This document shows positions 49,236-59,527 of a DNA stretch of 64,000 bases, piece by piece. The notes beneath the pieces are model-generated. The model ran no database searches. It was not told the DNA's origin and was given only the letters and a program-made list of their open reading frames with translations. The position numbers were made by a program, and so were the translations under genes. This stretch comes from an uncultured Erysipelothrix sp. (lineage in GTDB: Bacteria; Bacillota_I; Bacilli_A; Erysipelotrichales; Erysipelotrichaceae), in assembly GCA_947631935.1 (NCBI GenBank), contig CANRNG010000001.1:5935-69934 (forward strand), given 5' to 3'. The stretch's first letter is position 1; each line of letters starts with the position of its first letter.

Positions 49236-51152
49236 TTAACTTAATTTCGTACCTGATTTAACATTGGGTGCACTGATAAGATCCATGGTCTCATCATCTT
49301 TTGCAGCCACAATCATACCTTGAGACTCAACCCCTCTGAGGTTGGCTGGTTTAAGATTAGCCACCACCACGACAGAACGGCCGATCAAATCTTCAAGCGT
49401 GAAATGACCCACCAAACCACTCACAATTTGACGTGTTACTGATCCAATTTGAACTTGTAAGACATAGAGCTTATCTGCTTTGGGATGTTTCTCACCACTT
49501 AGCACAACTCCTGTTCTCATGTCTACTTTTGAAAAGTCTTCAATAGAAATCATGTCTTCTTCTTTAATGAAAGGTGCTTCCTTTTTAACGAATTGTTCCA
49601 AAGTCTCTTCTACATCCAAACGTTTGAATAGCACTTCTGGTTTTTCAATTACTTTTTGGTTCAACTCAAATAAACCAAAGTTTTTAGAATCCTCAAATGA
49701 AGTATGACTGGTTTGAAGTTGGTTCAATATTTTTTCTGAAGTTTCTGGAATAAAGGACGCCAATAAGATACCCCCAATACGAATACTTTCCAATAAGTTG
49801 TAGAGTACTGTTTGAAGTCGGTCTTGTTGGTTTTCATCCTTCGCCAAATTCCAAGGTTCTGTTTCATCAATGTATTTATTACATCTTCTAAATAGTGTAA
49901 TAATATGATTGATCGCATCTTGAACTCTGAGTTTATCCATTGAAGCACTGACCTTATCATTTAAAGTTGAAGCCATCTCAATTAGCTCTTGGTCCATAGC
50001 ATCATTTACATCTTTGACAGATAAACTGCCACCGAAGTACTTATTGGTCATCGCGATGGTACGATTCACCAAGTTACCTGTGATATTGGCCAAATCTGTA
50101 TTAATCCGTTCAATCATCAATTCATGGGTAATGTGCCCATCTCTTTCAAAAGGCATTTCATGAAGCATGATATAACGCACCGCATCCACCCCAAAGACGG
50201 GCACGAGTTGGTCTGTATAAACCACATTTCCTTTGGATTTACTCATCTTGCCATCACCAATTAAAAGCCATGGGTGACCAAAGATTTGTTGGGGAAGTTC
50301 AACATCTAAAGCCATTAATAAAATAGGCCAATAGATGGTATGGAATCTTAAAATATCTTTTCCGATGATATGAACATTGGCGGGCCAAAATTCATGGAAT
50401 TTCTCACCATGTTCACCATCCGCATCATAACCCAAACCTGTAATATAGTTAATGAGCGCATCAATCCAAACATACACTACGTGTTCAGGATCGAAATCTA
50501 CTGGAATCCCCCAAGAAAACGAGGTTCTTGAAACCGCCAAATCATGGAGTGGTTCCTTCAAGAAGTTTTGAATCATTTCATTTTTACGAGATTCAGGTTG
50601 AATAAATTGTGGATTGTCTTGGATATGTTTCACAAGACGCTCTTGGTAAGTGGATAACTTAAAGAAGTAACAGACTTCTTCTTGTTTAATTAATTTAGCC
50701 CCACATACAGGACAGATGCCTTCTTCATGGAGTTGACTTTCGGTATAATAAGCCTCACAAGATTGACAATAAAGACCTTCGTAGGTTCCCTTATATAAAT
50801 CACCCTTGTCATAGAGTTTCTTAAATACCTTTTGAACTTGTTTTTGGTGATAATCATCGGTTGTACGAATAAAGTGATCATAACTTACATTCATATCATC
50901 AAAGATATTACGGATGATACCCGCAATCTCATCTACGTGTTCTTTTGGTTTTCTATTTGCTTTATTTGCGTATTCTTCAATTTTTTGGCCATGCTCATCG
51001 GTTCCTGTTTGGAAATAAACATTGTATCCTTGAGCACGTTTGAAGCGTGCAATACTATCAGTTAATACAATTTCATAAACATTACCAATATGGGGTTTGG
51101 CTGAAGTATACGCAATCGCGGTTGTTATATAGTAATTATTTTCTGGTTTCAT
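49236..51152 (-). CDS. metG: Methionine--tRNA ligase, long form
   Basis: PHIGN, GTDEHG, KMSKS, C-terminal tRNA-binding OB fold. Start at MKPEN after GGAGG. Confidence 0.97.
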   Translation of the reverse strand: MKPENNYYITTAIAYTSAKPHIGNVYEIVLTDSIARFKRAQGYNVYFQTGTDEHGQKIEEYANKANRKPKEHVDEIAGIIRNIFDDMNVSYDHFIRTTDDYHQKQVQKVFKKLYDKGDLYKGTYEGLYCQSCEAYYTESQLHEEGICPVCGAKLIKQEEVCYFFKLSTYQERLVKHIQDNPQFIQPESRKNEMIQNFLKEPLHDLAVSRTSFSWGIPVDFDPEHVVYVWIDALINYITGLGYDADGEHGEKFHEFWPANVHIIGKDILRFHTIYWPILLMALDVELPQQIFGHPWLLIGDGKMSKSKGNVVYTDQLVPVFGVDAVRYIMLHEMPFERDGHITHELMIERINTDLANITGNLVNRTIAMTNKYFGGSLSVKDVNDAMDQELIEMASTLNDKVSASMDKLRVQDAINHIITLFRRCNKYIDETEPWNLAKDENQQDRLQTVLYNLLESIRIGGILLASFIPETSEKILNQLQTSHTSFEDSKNFGLFELNQKVIEKPEVLFKRLDVEETLEQFVKKEAPFIKEEDMISIEDFSKVDMRTGVVLSGEKHPKADKLYVLQVQIGSVTRQIVSGLVGHFTLEDLIGRSVVVVANLKPANLRGVESQGMIVAAKDDETMDLISAPNVKSGTKLS

Positions 51153-51533
51153 CAATTTCAGCCTCCTTTTTAACATATACTATTATACCCTATAAGTTGT
51201 CATTATACCAAGGAATTGTGGTCGTAAAAAACCGCTTTATTAAGAGCCGCTTCCAATCTTGATTGCCCTCCTTCTTTACTTAAGAGATGATGATACTATG
51301 TCAGGTAAATAGAGATGTAAACTTTAAGGTTCAACCCGAATCGGATAATCTATATTGTTTTTCATAATTATTGGTCGATTCCTAATTTCTAGAATACATT
51401 GGAGTCAATGCTCCACCACAAACTCCTAAATATTTTTTATGTATAGTTTGACCCACGATTACTATGAATAATTTGCTTTTTCTATAATCAAAACGAAAAC
51501 TTACTGACCAAGCAAGAGAATAATACTTCAATG

Positions 51534-51559
51534 AAAAAAGTCCCATCCTAAGATGAGAC
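51534..51559 (-). terminator. Terminator closing the island operon
   Basis: Minus strand GTCTCATC-TTAG-GATGGGAC-TTTTTT. Confidence 0.75.
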
Positions 51560-51605
51560 CTATTGTAAATGCACGATTAGCACTTACAAGTACTCAAATT
51601 TCTAT

Positions 51606-51872
51606 TCAAGAAGTTTTCTCTGTCTTAGTAAGTTTATAAATCGTAACTAAAGACGGTATACCCACTACTAAAAGTGACAGGATGGTTAATATCAGTTTTC
51701 TTTTTAATGTATCGTTATACATATCAATAACTTCATTTATATCAAGCTGTTCAGTCCCATCGAAGAATTTCATAACAAAACCAAAAGATGTTAAAAAGTT
51801 TAGATATAAATTTACAAAAATAACAGCGGCCAACAACAACGACAAAAGAATAATTTTTTTATTTTTTTTCAT
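51606..51872 (-). CDS. Small 2-TM membrane protein (candidate immunity protein)
   Basis: 88 aa, two hydrophobic helices around an acidic loop; directly downstream of the secreted DUF6973-like gene. Confidence 0.6.
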   Translation of the reverse strand: MKKNKKIILLSLLLAAVIFVNLYLNFLTSFGFVMKFFDGTEQLDINEVIDMYNDTLKRKLILTILSLLVVGIPSLVTIYKLTKTEKTS

Positions 51873-51922
51873 AGATAATACTTCTTTCTTTTTTATTAAG
51901 CCAAATCCCTAGAAAAACAACA

Positions 51923-52630
51923 CTATTTTACTGAATTAGTGGCAACTATTTTCCCATTAACAATTCTACGAAGTGATCCATTTTTTGTCAAACTTAAACT
52001 TCTTTGAACCGCTAGTTCTGGAAGAAGCATTATTGGGTAACTAGTATAAACATCCTGTGGTGTTGGCGTATTCAGTCTACCGATTCTATTATTGTATAAA
52101 TCCATAGTCTTTTCAAGTGAATTGCTAGAATTATATTCATGTGCAGTAGCCCACTTTTCTGCTGCTACTGCCCCAATATCAATTGTCATAAACATATTCC
52201 ATATACAGTGTCTAAATGCATCACTATTGTCATTAAGTCCGTTTCTTCCCCAATGCTTTTTGGTTTCTGATTCCGCCTTCTGACTAGCATTATACACTTT
52301 TGCAGCTTGAAGCGGATGTGCTACAGCTAGTTTCTTCTCTTCACTATTTAATGCCTGATATTTTTGAGGAAGATAAGAAAACGTTACTAAACCACTATAG
52401 TACTTGTCTTGCACAAACTCTTCAGACTTTAAATACACAATAAGTAATTCATTCAATCTTTCATCGTCAATCTCAGGGTTTTCATTTAATAGTTCATTCA
52501 TTTTATTCTCAATAAAAATAATATCTTCCCAATACTCTACTTCAACTTCATCAGCCTTAACCATCATTAATGGTGAGAGCATTGTTATTACCATAGTCAA
52601 AACAGCAATTCTAATCAAATTCTTTTTCAT
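51923..52630 (-). CDS. Secreted DUF6973 / minimal-Wnt-like (Lipocone) protein
   Basis: Signal peptide MKKNLIRIAVLTMVITMLSPLMMVKA; motifs SDAFRHCIWN, KWATAHE, MDLYNNRIGR; SD AGAGG. Confidence 0.7.
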   Translation of the reverse strand: MKKNLIRIAVLTMVITMLSPLMMVKADEVEVEYWEDIIFIENKMNELLNENPEIDDERLNELLIVYLKSEEFVQDKYYSGLVTFSYLPQKYQALNSEEKKLAVAHPLQAAKVYNASQKAESETKKHWGRNGLNDNSDAFRHCIWNMFMTIDIGAVAAEKWATAHEYNSSNSLEKTMDLYNNRIGRLNTPTPQDVYTSYPIMLLPELAVQRSLSLTKNGSLRRIVNGKIVATNSVK

Positions 52631-52809
52631 TTTATATTCCTCTTTTCTAATATACACTCATGATAGTTTTAAAGCATCTTCAACATCATATACTACTTCC
52701 TTCAAAATAGTGATTTTGCTCTATTACTTCTCACAATAATTTTTTTCCAAATATTTTAATGTTATCATTTCTGATCCGCTCACTTATTCAATGTAGTTTA
52801 TAGAAAATA

Positions 52810-53007
52810 TTATTTAATATTAGCACAACCGTCATCTTCAGGTAAATGATAACCGCTAATTTGAATAATGCATTGCTCAGTAAAGGATTTATTAATGTTA
52901 CTAAATATTAAAAACATACAAAGAACTCCAAAAGCAATTAAAGATATTGTTGATATGTTAATTAATTTTACAACTTCATCCATCTCGCATTTTTGTTGTT
53001 TATCCAT
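52810..53007 (-). CDS. Small single-TM protein or gene remnant
   Basis: SD GGGAGG 9 nt before ATG 53007; one hydrophobic segment (ISTISLIAFGVLCMFLIF). Confidence 0.35.
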   Translation of the reverse strand: MDKQQKCEMDEVVKLINISTISLIAFGVLCMFLIFSNINKSFTEQCIIQISGYHLPEDDGCANIK

Positions 53008-53105
53008 TAACAAAATCCTCCCTAAAGAGATTAAAGAAACTATAGGACAAAGAAAAGCTAAAAAATTTAGAAAACTACGAAAATTTAAGTGTCCAATCCT
53101 CTATC

Positions 53106-53173
53106 AACCCTATGTAAGTTCATCATTTCCCTTATTCTAATTCAACATAATTCAACGGTAATACTAATTCCAT
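53106..53173 (-). pseudogene. Decayed double-glycine-leader peptide gene (MELVLPxNYV...EEMMYLDGG type)
   Basis: SD AAGGAGG, then MELVLPLNYVELE-stop, a 1-nt frameshift, then EMMNLHRV. Confidence 0.6.
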
Positions 53174-53301
53174 TTCGAAATCCTCCTTCCATTTACCGAA
53201 AAGTAGTGTTTTTATATTTCACTACAATCATTGGGGCGCATCTTTATCAGTGAGCCTCCGAGTTATTATAAAGCACAATTTTATTTTTTGAGTAAATATT
53301 G

Positions 53302-53353
53302 ATTAAATTGTATGTTTTTTGATTAAATGGTAAGTTTTCTTCGTTTAAATGGT
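53302..53353 (-). promoter_or_regulatory. LytTR-like direct repeats upstream of the island
   Basis: ACCATTTAAA-12-ACCATTTAAT-10-ACAATTTAAT, then 31 bp to TATAAT (53265-53270). Confidence 0.4.
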
Positions 53354-53365
53354 GTTGATACAAAC

Positions 53366-53394
53366 AAAAAGAGACATTGCTTAAGCAACGCCTC
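53366..53394 (-). terminator. pflA terminator overlapping the stop codon
   Basis: GAGGCGTTGC-TTAA-GCAATGTCTC-TTTTT. Confidence 0.8.
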
Positions 53395-54133
53395 TAATTT
53401 CTTCAACTTTATTTTTTAAATAGTTTTGGAAGTCCATGGTCAAATCCTTATTCATGGCAGGAACACCTGCTAAAGGATATTCCATATCAATCACATCGTA
53501 CTTATTGACACCCATCGTATGATAAGGTAAGAGTTCAATCCGTTCAATGTTTTTTAAAGGTGCAATGTATGCTGCAAGTTCATCCATATATTCATAAGAA
53601 TCATGGAAACCTGGCACAATTACAATACGAATCCAAATGGTGACATCCATTGCTTGGGCTTTGTCCAAGAATGTTTGGGTAACCTTAATTGGAACACCAG
53701 TCATGGCACGATATTTTTCATCCACCAACCCTTTAATATCATATAGAATTAGGTCAGTTACGGATAAAATCTTTTCAAAACTATCTGGTCTACCAAATCC
53801 TGAGGTATCTAGGACTGTTGAAATCCCTTCTTCATGACATGCCTTCATGGCTTCATAAAGAAATTCAGGTTGGTTAAGTGGTTCGCCTCCACAGAAAGTG
53901 ACGCCACCCGTATCTTTATAATAGGGTTTGAATCGCTTTAACTTGGCGACGAGTTCTTCTACCGTAGTTTGGTCTTCGGGAACATGCCCCCACATATCTG
54001 GGTTATGGCAGAATTTACAACGGAGTGGACATCCGGAAAGAAACGCGATGGTTCTAATTCCCGGACCGTCCACCATACCCATTGATTCTAGTTTTCTAAC
54101 ATACCCAACTTGATCACGATTAGATAGTGTCAT
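53381..54133 (-). CDS. pflA: Pyruvate formate-lyase activating enzyme
   Basis: VDGPGIR, radical SAM motif [22 protein letters not shown]. Confidence 0.96.
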   Translation of the reverse strand: MTLSNRDQVGYVRKLESMGMVDGPGIRTIAFLSGCPLRCKFCHNPDMWGHVPEDQTTVEELVAKLKRFKPYYKDTGGVTFCGGEPLNQPEFLYEAMKACHEEGISTVLDTSGFGRPDSFEKILSVTDLILYDIKGLVDEKYRAMTGVPIKVTQTFLDKAQAMDVTIWIRIVIVPGFHDSYEYMDELAAYIAPLKNIERIELLPYHTMGVNKYDVIDMEYPLAGVPAMNKDLTMDFQNYLKNKVEEIRGVA

Positions 54134-56345
54134 GGAATGTTCTACTGATAACTTCTTTTTGTTGTTCTTCTGAAAGACGTATAAAGTTTACGGCATATCC
54201 AGACACACGAATGGTGAGTTGTGGATATTTTTCTGGATGCTTCATTGCATCAATTAATTTTTCACGGTTTAAAACGTTAACGTTTAAGTGGTGTGCATCT
54301 TGTGTGAAGTATCCATCCATAACACCGACCAAGTTATTCACTTGTTCTTCTTCACTCTTACCAAGTACGCCTGGTACGATACTGAATGTATTTGAAACAC
54401 CATCTTCACATGTTCCGCAATAAGGAATCTTAGCCACTGAGTTCAATGACGCAAGCGCACCTGATTTATCACGTCCATGCATTGGGTTTGCTCCAGGAGC
54501 AAAGGCTTCACCTTTAATACGACCATCAGGTGTTGAACCTGTCTTCTTACCATAAACAACATTAGATGTAATGGTTAAGATTGAGAGTGTATGTTTTGCA
54601 TTTCTGATAATTGGATTACTTTGGATATAACGGAAGAAACGTTCAACAAGATCAACCGCAATACTGTCAACACGGTCATCATCATTTCCATATTGAGGAT
54701 ATTCACCATTGATTTCAAAATCAACCGCAATACCATTTTCATTTCGAATTGGTTTAACTTCTGCATATTTAATTGCGGATAATGAGTCTGCAGCTACTGA
54801 AAGTCCTGCAATACCAAAGGCCATCAATCTTTCAACATGTGTATCATGAAGGGCCATTTGACTCTTTTCATAAGCATATTTATCATGCATAAAGTGGATG
54901 ATATTCATGGAATCTACATAGACTTCTGCAAGATCTTTTAAGACTAAATCAAATGCATTCATGACTTTATCGTAGTCCAAGACTGCATCAGTCATGATTT
55001 CATAACCTTCTAGTACTTTCATTTCACGCATTTCATCAATACCACCATTAATGGCATAGAGCAATGCTTTCGCCACGTTTGCACGGGCTCCGAAGTATTG
55101 CATTTGTTTACCAATGGTCATGGCACTTACACAACAAGCAATACCATAGTCATCTCCAAATGAAGGACGCATAACGTCATCATTTTCATATTGAAGTGCA
55201 CCGGTCTCAATGGACATCTTGGCAGCATATTGTTTAAATCCAAGTGGTAAATCTTCTGACCATAGTACCGTCATGTTTGGTTCAGGTGCAGGTCCTAAGT
55301 TTGTGAGTGTATGTAAGTATCTGAATGAGTTCTTTGTTACAAGTGGACGACCATCTTGTCCCATACCACCCATTGATTCTGTAACCCATGTTGGGTCTCC
55401 AGCAAAGAGGTCATCATATTCAGGTGTACGTAAGTGACGTACCAAACGCAATTTCATAATAAATTGATCAATATAAGCTTGTGCTTGTTTTTCATCAATT
55501 AAGCCGCTTTCCAAATCTCTTTGAATATAAATATCCAAGAATGTGGATGTACGACCCAAACTCATTGCAGCACCATTGTTTTCCTTAACAGCAGCTAAGT
55601 ATCCAAAGTATAACCATTGGATGGCTTCTTGTGCATTCATTGCAGGTACAGAAATATCGAATCCATATCCTTTTGCCATGGCTTTAATTTCACCTAAGGC
55701 ATGAATTTGGTCACTGACTTCTTCTCTTAATTGAATGGTTTCAGCTGTGATAGGTCTGAGTGTTTCTAAGTCTTTTTTCTTTTCTTCAATTAGGTAATCG
55801 ACACCATAAAGTGCAATACGACGGTAGTCACCAATAATACGACCACGACCATAAGCATCTGGTAATCCTGTAATTAAACCGGTACTTCTCGCACGTCTAA
55901 TTTCAGGTGTATAAGCATCGAACACACCTTGGTTATGTGTTTTTGTGTATTTATGGAAGAACTCACTGGTTTTTGGATCCAATTTACGATTATAAATATC
56001 CAAAATTGAGTCAACCAAACGAATACCACCATAAGGGTTGATGATACGTTTCAATGGCGCATCAGTTTGAAGCCCTACAATTTCTTCGTGTTCTTTATCG
56101 ATATATCCAGGCGCAAAATTATTAATACCAGAAATTGCGTCCATTTCAATATCCAATACGCGAACTTTAACTTCCTCTTTTAAAAGATCCAAACATTTAT
56201 CCCAAAGTAGCTTCGTATTATCACTGATGCCCTCTAAGAAACTGTCGTCTCCTTCATAAGGTGTATAGTTATGTTGAATGAAGTCTCTAACATTGATTTC
56301 GTCTTGCCAAACGCCAGACTTAAATCCTTCCCAATGTTTTGCCAT
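54120..56345 (-). CDS. pflB: Formate C-acetyltransferase (pyruvate formate-lyase)
   Basis: IACCVS, glycyl radical motif IRVSGYAV. Start at MAKHW, 9 nt after AAGGAG. Confidence 0.97.
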   Translation of the reverse strand: MAKHWEGFKSGVWQDEINVRDFIQHNYTPYEGDDSFLEGISDNTKLLWDKCLDLLKEEVKVRVLDIEMDAISGINNFAPGYIDKEHEEIVGLQTDAPLKRIINPYGGIRLVDSILDIYNRKLDPKTSEFFHKYTKTHNQGVFDAYTPEIRRARSTGLITGLPDAYGRGRIIGDYRRIALYGVDYLIEEKKKDLETLRPITAETIQLREEVSDQIHALGEIKAMAKGYGFDISVPAMNAQEAIQWLYFGYLAAVKENNGAAMSLGRTSTFLDIYIQRDLESGLIDEKQAQAYIDQFIMKLRLVRHLRTPEYDDLFAGDPTWVTESMGGMGQDGRPLVTKNSFRYLHTLTNLGPAPEPNMTVLWSEDLPLGFKQYAAKMSIETGALQYENDDVMRPSFGDDYGIACCVSAMTIGKQMQYFGARANVAKALLYAINGGIDEMREMKVLEGYEIMTDAVLDYDKVMNAFDLVLKDLAEVYVDSMNIIHFMHDKYAYEKSQMALHDTHVERLMAFGIAGLSVAADSLSAIKYAEVKPIRNENGIAVDFEINGEYPQYGNDDDRVDSIAVDLVERFFRYIQSNPIIRNAKHTLSILTITSNVVYGKKTGSTPDGRIKGEAFAPGANPMHGRDKSGALASLNSVAKIPYCGTCEDGVSNTFSIVPGVLGKSEEEQVNNLVGVMDGYFTQDAHHLNVNVLNREKLIDAMKHPEKYPQLTIRVSGYAVNFIRLSEEQQKEVISRTFHDTI

Positions 56346-56443
56346 AGTATCCATCTCCTTTTGTACAGTTATATGTTAACATAAACCGGTTTCGTTCAAA
56401 CTTTAAATTATTTTATGAAAGGGCATACAGATTGCTTTAATAC

Positions 56444-56502
56444 AAAAAAAAGAAGAAATCACATACTTTTAACGGAATTCTGTTAAATTTGTAGATTTCT
56501 TC
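56444..56502 (-). terminator. Long hairpin terminator after murA
   Basis: GAAGAAATC...TTAAC-AGAATTCC-GTTAA...GATTTCTTC followed by a T run. Confidence 0.6.
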
Positions 56503-56510
56503 ACAAAGTT

Positions 56511-57782
56511 TTAATAAGAGGCTTTGGGCTCTCTCCATATCTTGGCACCCAATGCATTCAGTTTTTCATCCAACTTATCATACCCACGATCAATGTGATA
56601 AATCTCATCAATCTCAGTGACACCTTGCGCAATCAAACCCGCGACCACTAAAGCAGCACCACATCTTAAATCCGTTGCGGTTACTTTGGTTCCCACTAAA
56701 GGCGTTGGACCATCAATGATGGCAGTTGGAGAATTGCTTTCCAGTTTGCCACCCATTTTCTTTAGCTCATGAATGTGTTTAAATCGTTCTGTATAAATGG
56801 TTTCACGAATTGAAGATCTCCCTTTGGCTTGTGTTAATAAAGTTGTCAAAGGTTGTTGTAGATCTGTGGCAAATCCTGGATAAGGCAACGTTTGAATATC
56901 AATGGCTTTCAAGGGGTTACCACCGCGCACAATCGCAAAATCAGTTCCCATTTCAATATCCACACCCATCTCAATGAGCTTAGAAGTTAAAGCCTCTAAG
57001 TGAAGGGGGATGATATTGTTAATTCTAACGACTTCACCCATGGCAGCTGCCATCACAATATAAGTTCCAGCTTCAATTCTATCTGGAATAATTTCATGGG
57101 TAGATCCTTGTAAAGTATCCACACCATCAATGGTTATGACAGAAGTCCCTGCACCCCTGATCACAGCACCCATTTTATTTAAAAATGTTGCAATATCAAT
57201 GATTTCAGGTTCTTTCGCTGCGTTTTCAATAACGGTTCTACCTTCTGCTTTGGTAGCAGCCATCATGATATTGATGGTTGCTCCTACTGAGGCAATGTCT
57301 AAATATACCTTAGAACCCACCAACTTATCGGCTTTAATATCATAATAACCTTGCGTATAATTCACAGTCGCACCTAAGGCTTCAAACCCCTTTAAGTGAA
57401 GGTCAATGGGACGGGGACCCAAGTTACAGCCACCAGGCATCTGCATTTTAACTTCTTTATATTTACCCAAGAGTGCACCCATAAAATAATATGATGCTCT
57501 AAGATTTGACACCTCTTCATGGTCTAAAACGATATTCTTCATATGCGTTGTATCCAATACAAGATGGTCTTCAGTTTCAAAATTGGCTTTAACACCCAAT
57601 TCCTTTAATAATACTTTTAATGATTTTACATCTTTAATGCGGGGTACACCATAGATATCTACTACACTTTTATCCGCTAAAATTGCAGCTGGTATCAATG
57701 CAACGGTCGCATTTTTGGCGCTACTGATGGTTACTTCACCATTCAATTTATGTCCGCCTTCGATTTTGATGACGTTTGTCAT
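56511..57782 (-). CDS. murA: UDP-N-acetylglucosamine 1-carboxyvinyltransferase (MurAB type)
   Basis: SAKNA, RASYY, GGCNLGPRPIDLH (active-site Cys retained), PDRIEAGT. Start at MTNVIK. Confidence 0.96.
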   Translation of the reverse strand: MTNVIKIEGGHKLNGEVTISSAKNATVALIPAAILADKSVVDIYGVPRIKDVKSLKVLLKELGVKANFETEDHLVLDTTHMKNIVLDHEEVSNLRASYYFMGALLGKYKEVKMQMPGGCNLGPRPIDLHLKGFEALGATVNYTQGYYDIKADKLVGSKVYLDIASVGATINIMMAATKAEGRTVIENAAKEPEIIDIATFLNKMGAVIRGAGTSVITIDGVDTLQGSTHEIIPDRIEAGTYIVMAAAMGEVVRINNIIPLHLEALTSKLIEMGVDIEMGTDFAIVRGGNPLKAIDIQTLPYPGFATDLQQPLTTLLTQAKGRSSIRETIYTERFKHIHELKKMGGKLESNSPTAIIDGPTPLVGTKVTATDLRCGAALVVAGLIAQGVTEIDEIYHIDRGYDKLDEKLNALGAKIWREPKASY

Positions 57783-57840
57783 AGATCCACTCCTTTTTGT
57801 CCCCATCTATTATAGCGAAAAAACTTAAAAGTTCATAGTC

Positions 57841-58563
57841 TTAAACTTGTGAAGTCGTGGTATTGAACAATCCCACAAAAATCACGCCTCCAAAAATATT
57901 ACCCAAAGTAACCATACCGACATTGAGCAGTACAGATTTAAGAAGCACAGTTTTCAGCAACAATGGCAAAACAAAAATTGCCAAATTGGCCACACAGTGT
58001 TGAAAACCAATGACCACAAAAATAGCTACAGAAAGGTAAATCCCTAAAAACTGAACAACACCTTCCTTGTATTTGTAGAAAAACAACACACCCAAACCCA
58101 CAAACCAGTTACATCCAATGCCTGAAAGCAGTGCTTGGAGTGGGGTTGTTGATAGCTTTCCTTGGGCCATGGTTTCAAGGGTAGGGATTAAACTGGTCAA
58201 TATACCCGATCCATAACCCAAGACCACAACCGCAAAAATAACCCCCAGTGTATTTCCTATAAAAATATCAATCCAGTTTTTAATCATCTCTAAGAAAGTG
58301 ACTTCTTTTTTTAAGAAACCAATCCCAACAACGGTCATATTACCTGAGACCAATTCCCCACCCATGTATAAAACCAAGATCAATCCTATTGGAAAAAACA
58401 AAGCGCCCATTAGGGTTCCAACATGACTCCCAAACATATCAATGAATTTGATCATGGGTATGTATGCCAGCGCAATCATGGCTCCGGCCATAAAGCCCAT
58501 GACCAATTTTTGTTTTCTTGTACGCTTTACTTTTTCAATGCTCTTTTTAACAACTAAATTCAT
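57841..58563 (-). CDS. Formate/nitrite transporter (FNT) family channel
   Basis: GALFFPIGLI, GGELVSGN, GIGCNW, FQHCVAN. Confidence 0.88.
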   Translation of the reverse strand: MNLVVKKSIEKVKRTRKQKLVMGFMAGAMIALAYIPMIKFIDMFGSHVGTLMGALFFPIGLILVLYMGGELVSGNMTVVGIGFLKKEVTFLEMIKNWIDIFIGNTLGVIFAVVVLGYGSGILTSLIPTLETMAQGKLSTTPLQALLSGIGCNWFVGLGVLFFYKYKEGVVQFLGIYLSVAIFVVIGFQHCVANLAIFVLPLLLKTVLLKSVLLNVGMVTLGNIFGGVIFVGLFNTTTSQV

Positions 58564-58588
58564 GCTATCTCTCCATATTAATCCACTT

Positions 58589-58618
58589 AAAAAAAACCAC
58601 CGCTAGTAGTGGTTTTTT
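58589..58618. terminator. Terminator after fba
   Basis: AAAAAACCAC-CGCTAGTA-GTGGTTTTTT. Confidence 0.8.
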
Positions 58619-58628
58619 GAATTTTCAA

Positions 58629-59495
58629 TTAAGCTTTATTGGCACTTCCGAAAAGTTCAATCTTTTCTTTAACACCATTTTTAATTCCTTGTTTACCAGG
58701 TGCAAGCAGTTTACGAGGATCAAATCCTTTACCTTCTAAGTCTTTACCTGCTTCAATGTATTTACGTGTTTCTTCAGCAAACAACAATTGAAGTTCAGTA
58801 TTAACATTAATTTTTGCAACACCCAATGAAACTGCACGTTTGATTTGGTCTTCAGGAATTCCTGAACCACCGTGTAATACGAGTGGAATTTGTCCTGTAA
58901 CGTCTTGGATTTGTCCCAATACACCAAAATCAAGTCCTGCCCAGTTTTCTGGATATTTACCGTGGATATTACCAATTCCAGCAGCTAAGAAATCAATACC
59001 TGTTTCTGTAAGTGTTTTACATTCTTGTGGATCTGCAAGTTCACCAGAACCGATGATACCATCTTCTTCTCCACCAATTGAACCCACTTCAGCTTCTACT
59101 GAAATACCGCGTTCATGTGCGTAAGCAACCACTTCTTTTGTTTTTTCTAGGTTCTCTTCAAAATCATAGTGTGAACCATCAAACATGACCGATGTAAATC
59201 CAGCATCGATTGCTTTAAATGAGCCATCATAGCTACCGTGGTCCAAGTGAAGTGCCACATCCACAGTGATGTTCATGTCTTCAACAAGTGCACGTACGAT
59301 CGCTACAACTGTTTTAAATCCACCCATATATTTAACAGCACCTTCTGATACACCCAATAGAACAGGTGATTTCATTTCCTCTGCTGTTTCCAAGATTGCT
59401 TGTGTCCATTCAAGGTTGTTGATGTTAAATGCACCAACTGCATAACCTTCTGCACGCGCTTTTTCTAGGATACCTTTTGCTGATACTAAAGCCAT
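58629..59495 (-). CDS. fba: Class II fructose-bisphosphate aldolase
   Basis: ALHLDHG, GNIHG, LVLHGGSG, KINVNTE. Confidence 0.97.
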   Translation of the reverse strand: MALVSAKGILEKARAEGYAVGAFNINNLEWTQAILETAEEMKSPVLLGVSEGAVKYMGGFKTVVAIVRALVEDMNITVDVALHLDHGSYDGSFKAIDAGFTSVMFDGSHYDFEENLEKTKEVVAYAHERGISVEAEVGSIGGEEDGIIGSGELADPQECKTLTETGIDFLAAGIGNIHGKYPENWAGLDFGVLGQIQDVTGQIPLVLHGGSGIPEDQIKRAVSLGVAKINVNTELQLLFAEETRKYIEAGKDLEGKGFDPRKLLAPGKQGIKNGVKEKIELFGSANKA

Positions 59496-59527
59496 AGAAT
59501 AATTCCTCCTTATATATTTCTACACTA

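Noticed and set aside
51270-51366. HicB-like remnant MKNNIDYPIRVEP*SLHLYLPDI
   Set aside because: Too short and interrupted to assign; no hicA partner. Counted only as island debris.
51382-51546. 54-codon minus-strand ORF (MGLFSLKYY...)
   Set aside because: Its start lies inside a terminator stem, with no SD and no motif.
56511-57782. Intrinsic fosfomycin-resistant MurA
   Set aside because: The active-site Cys is retained (GGCNLGPRP).
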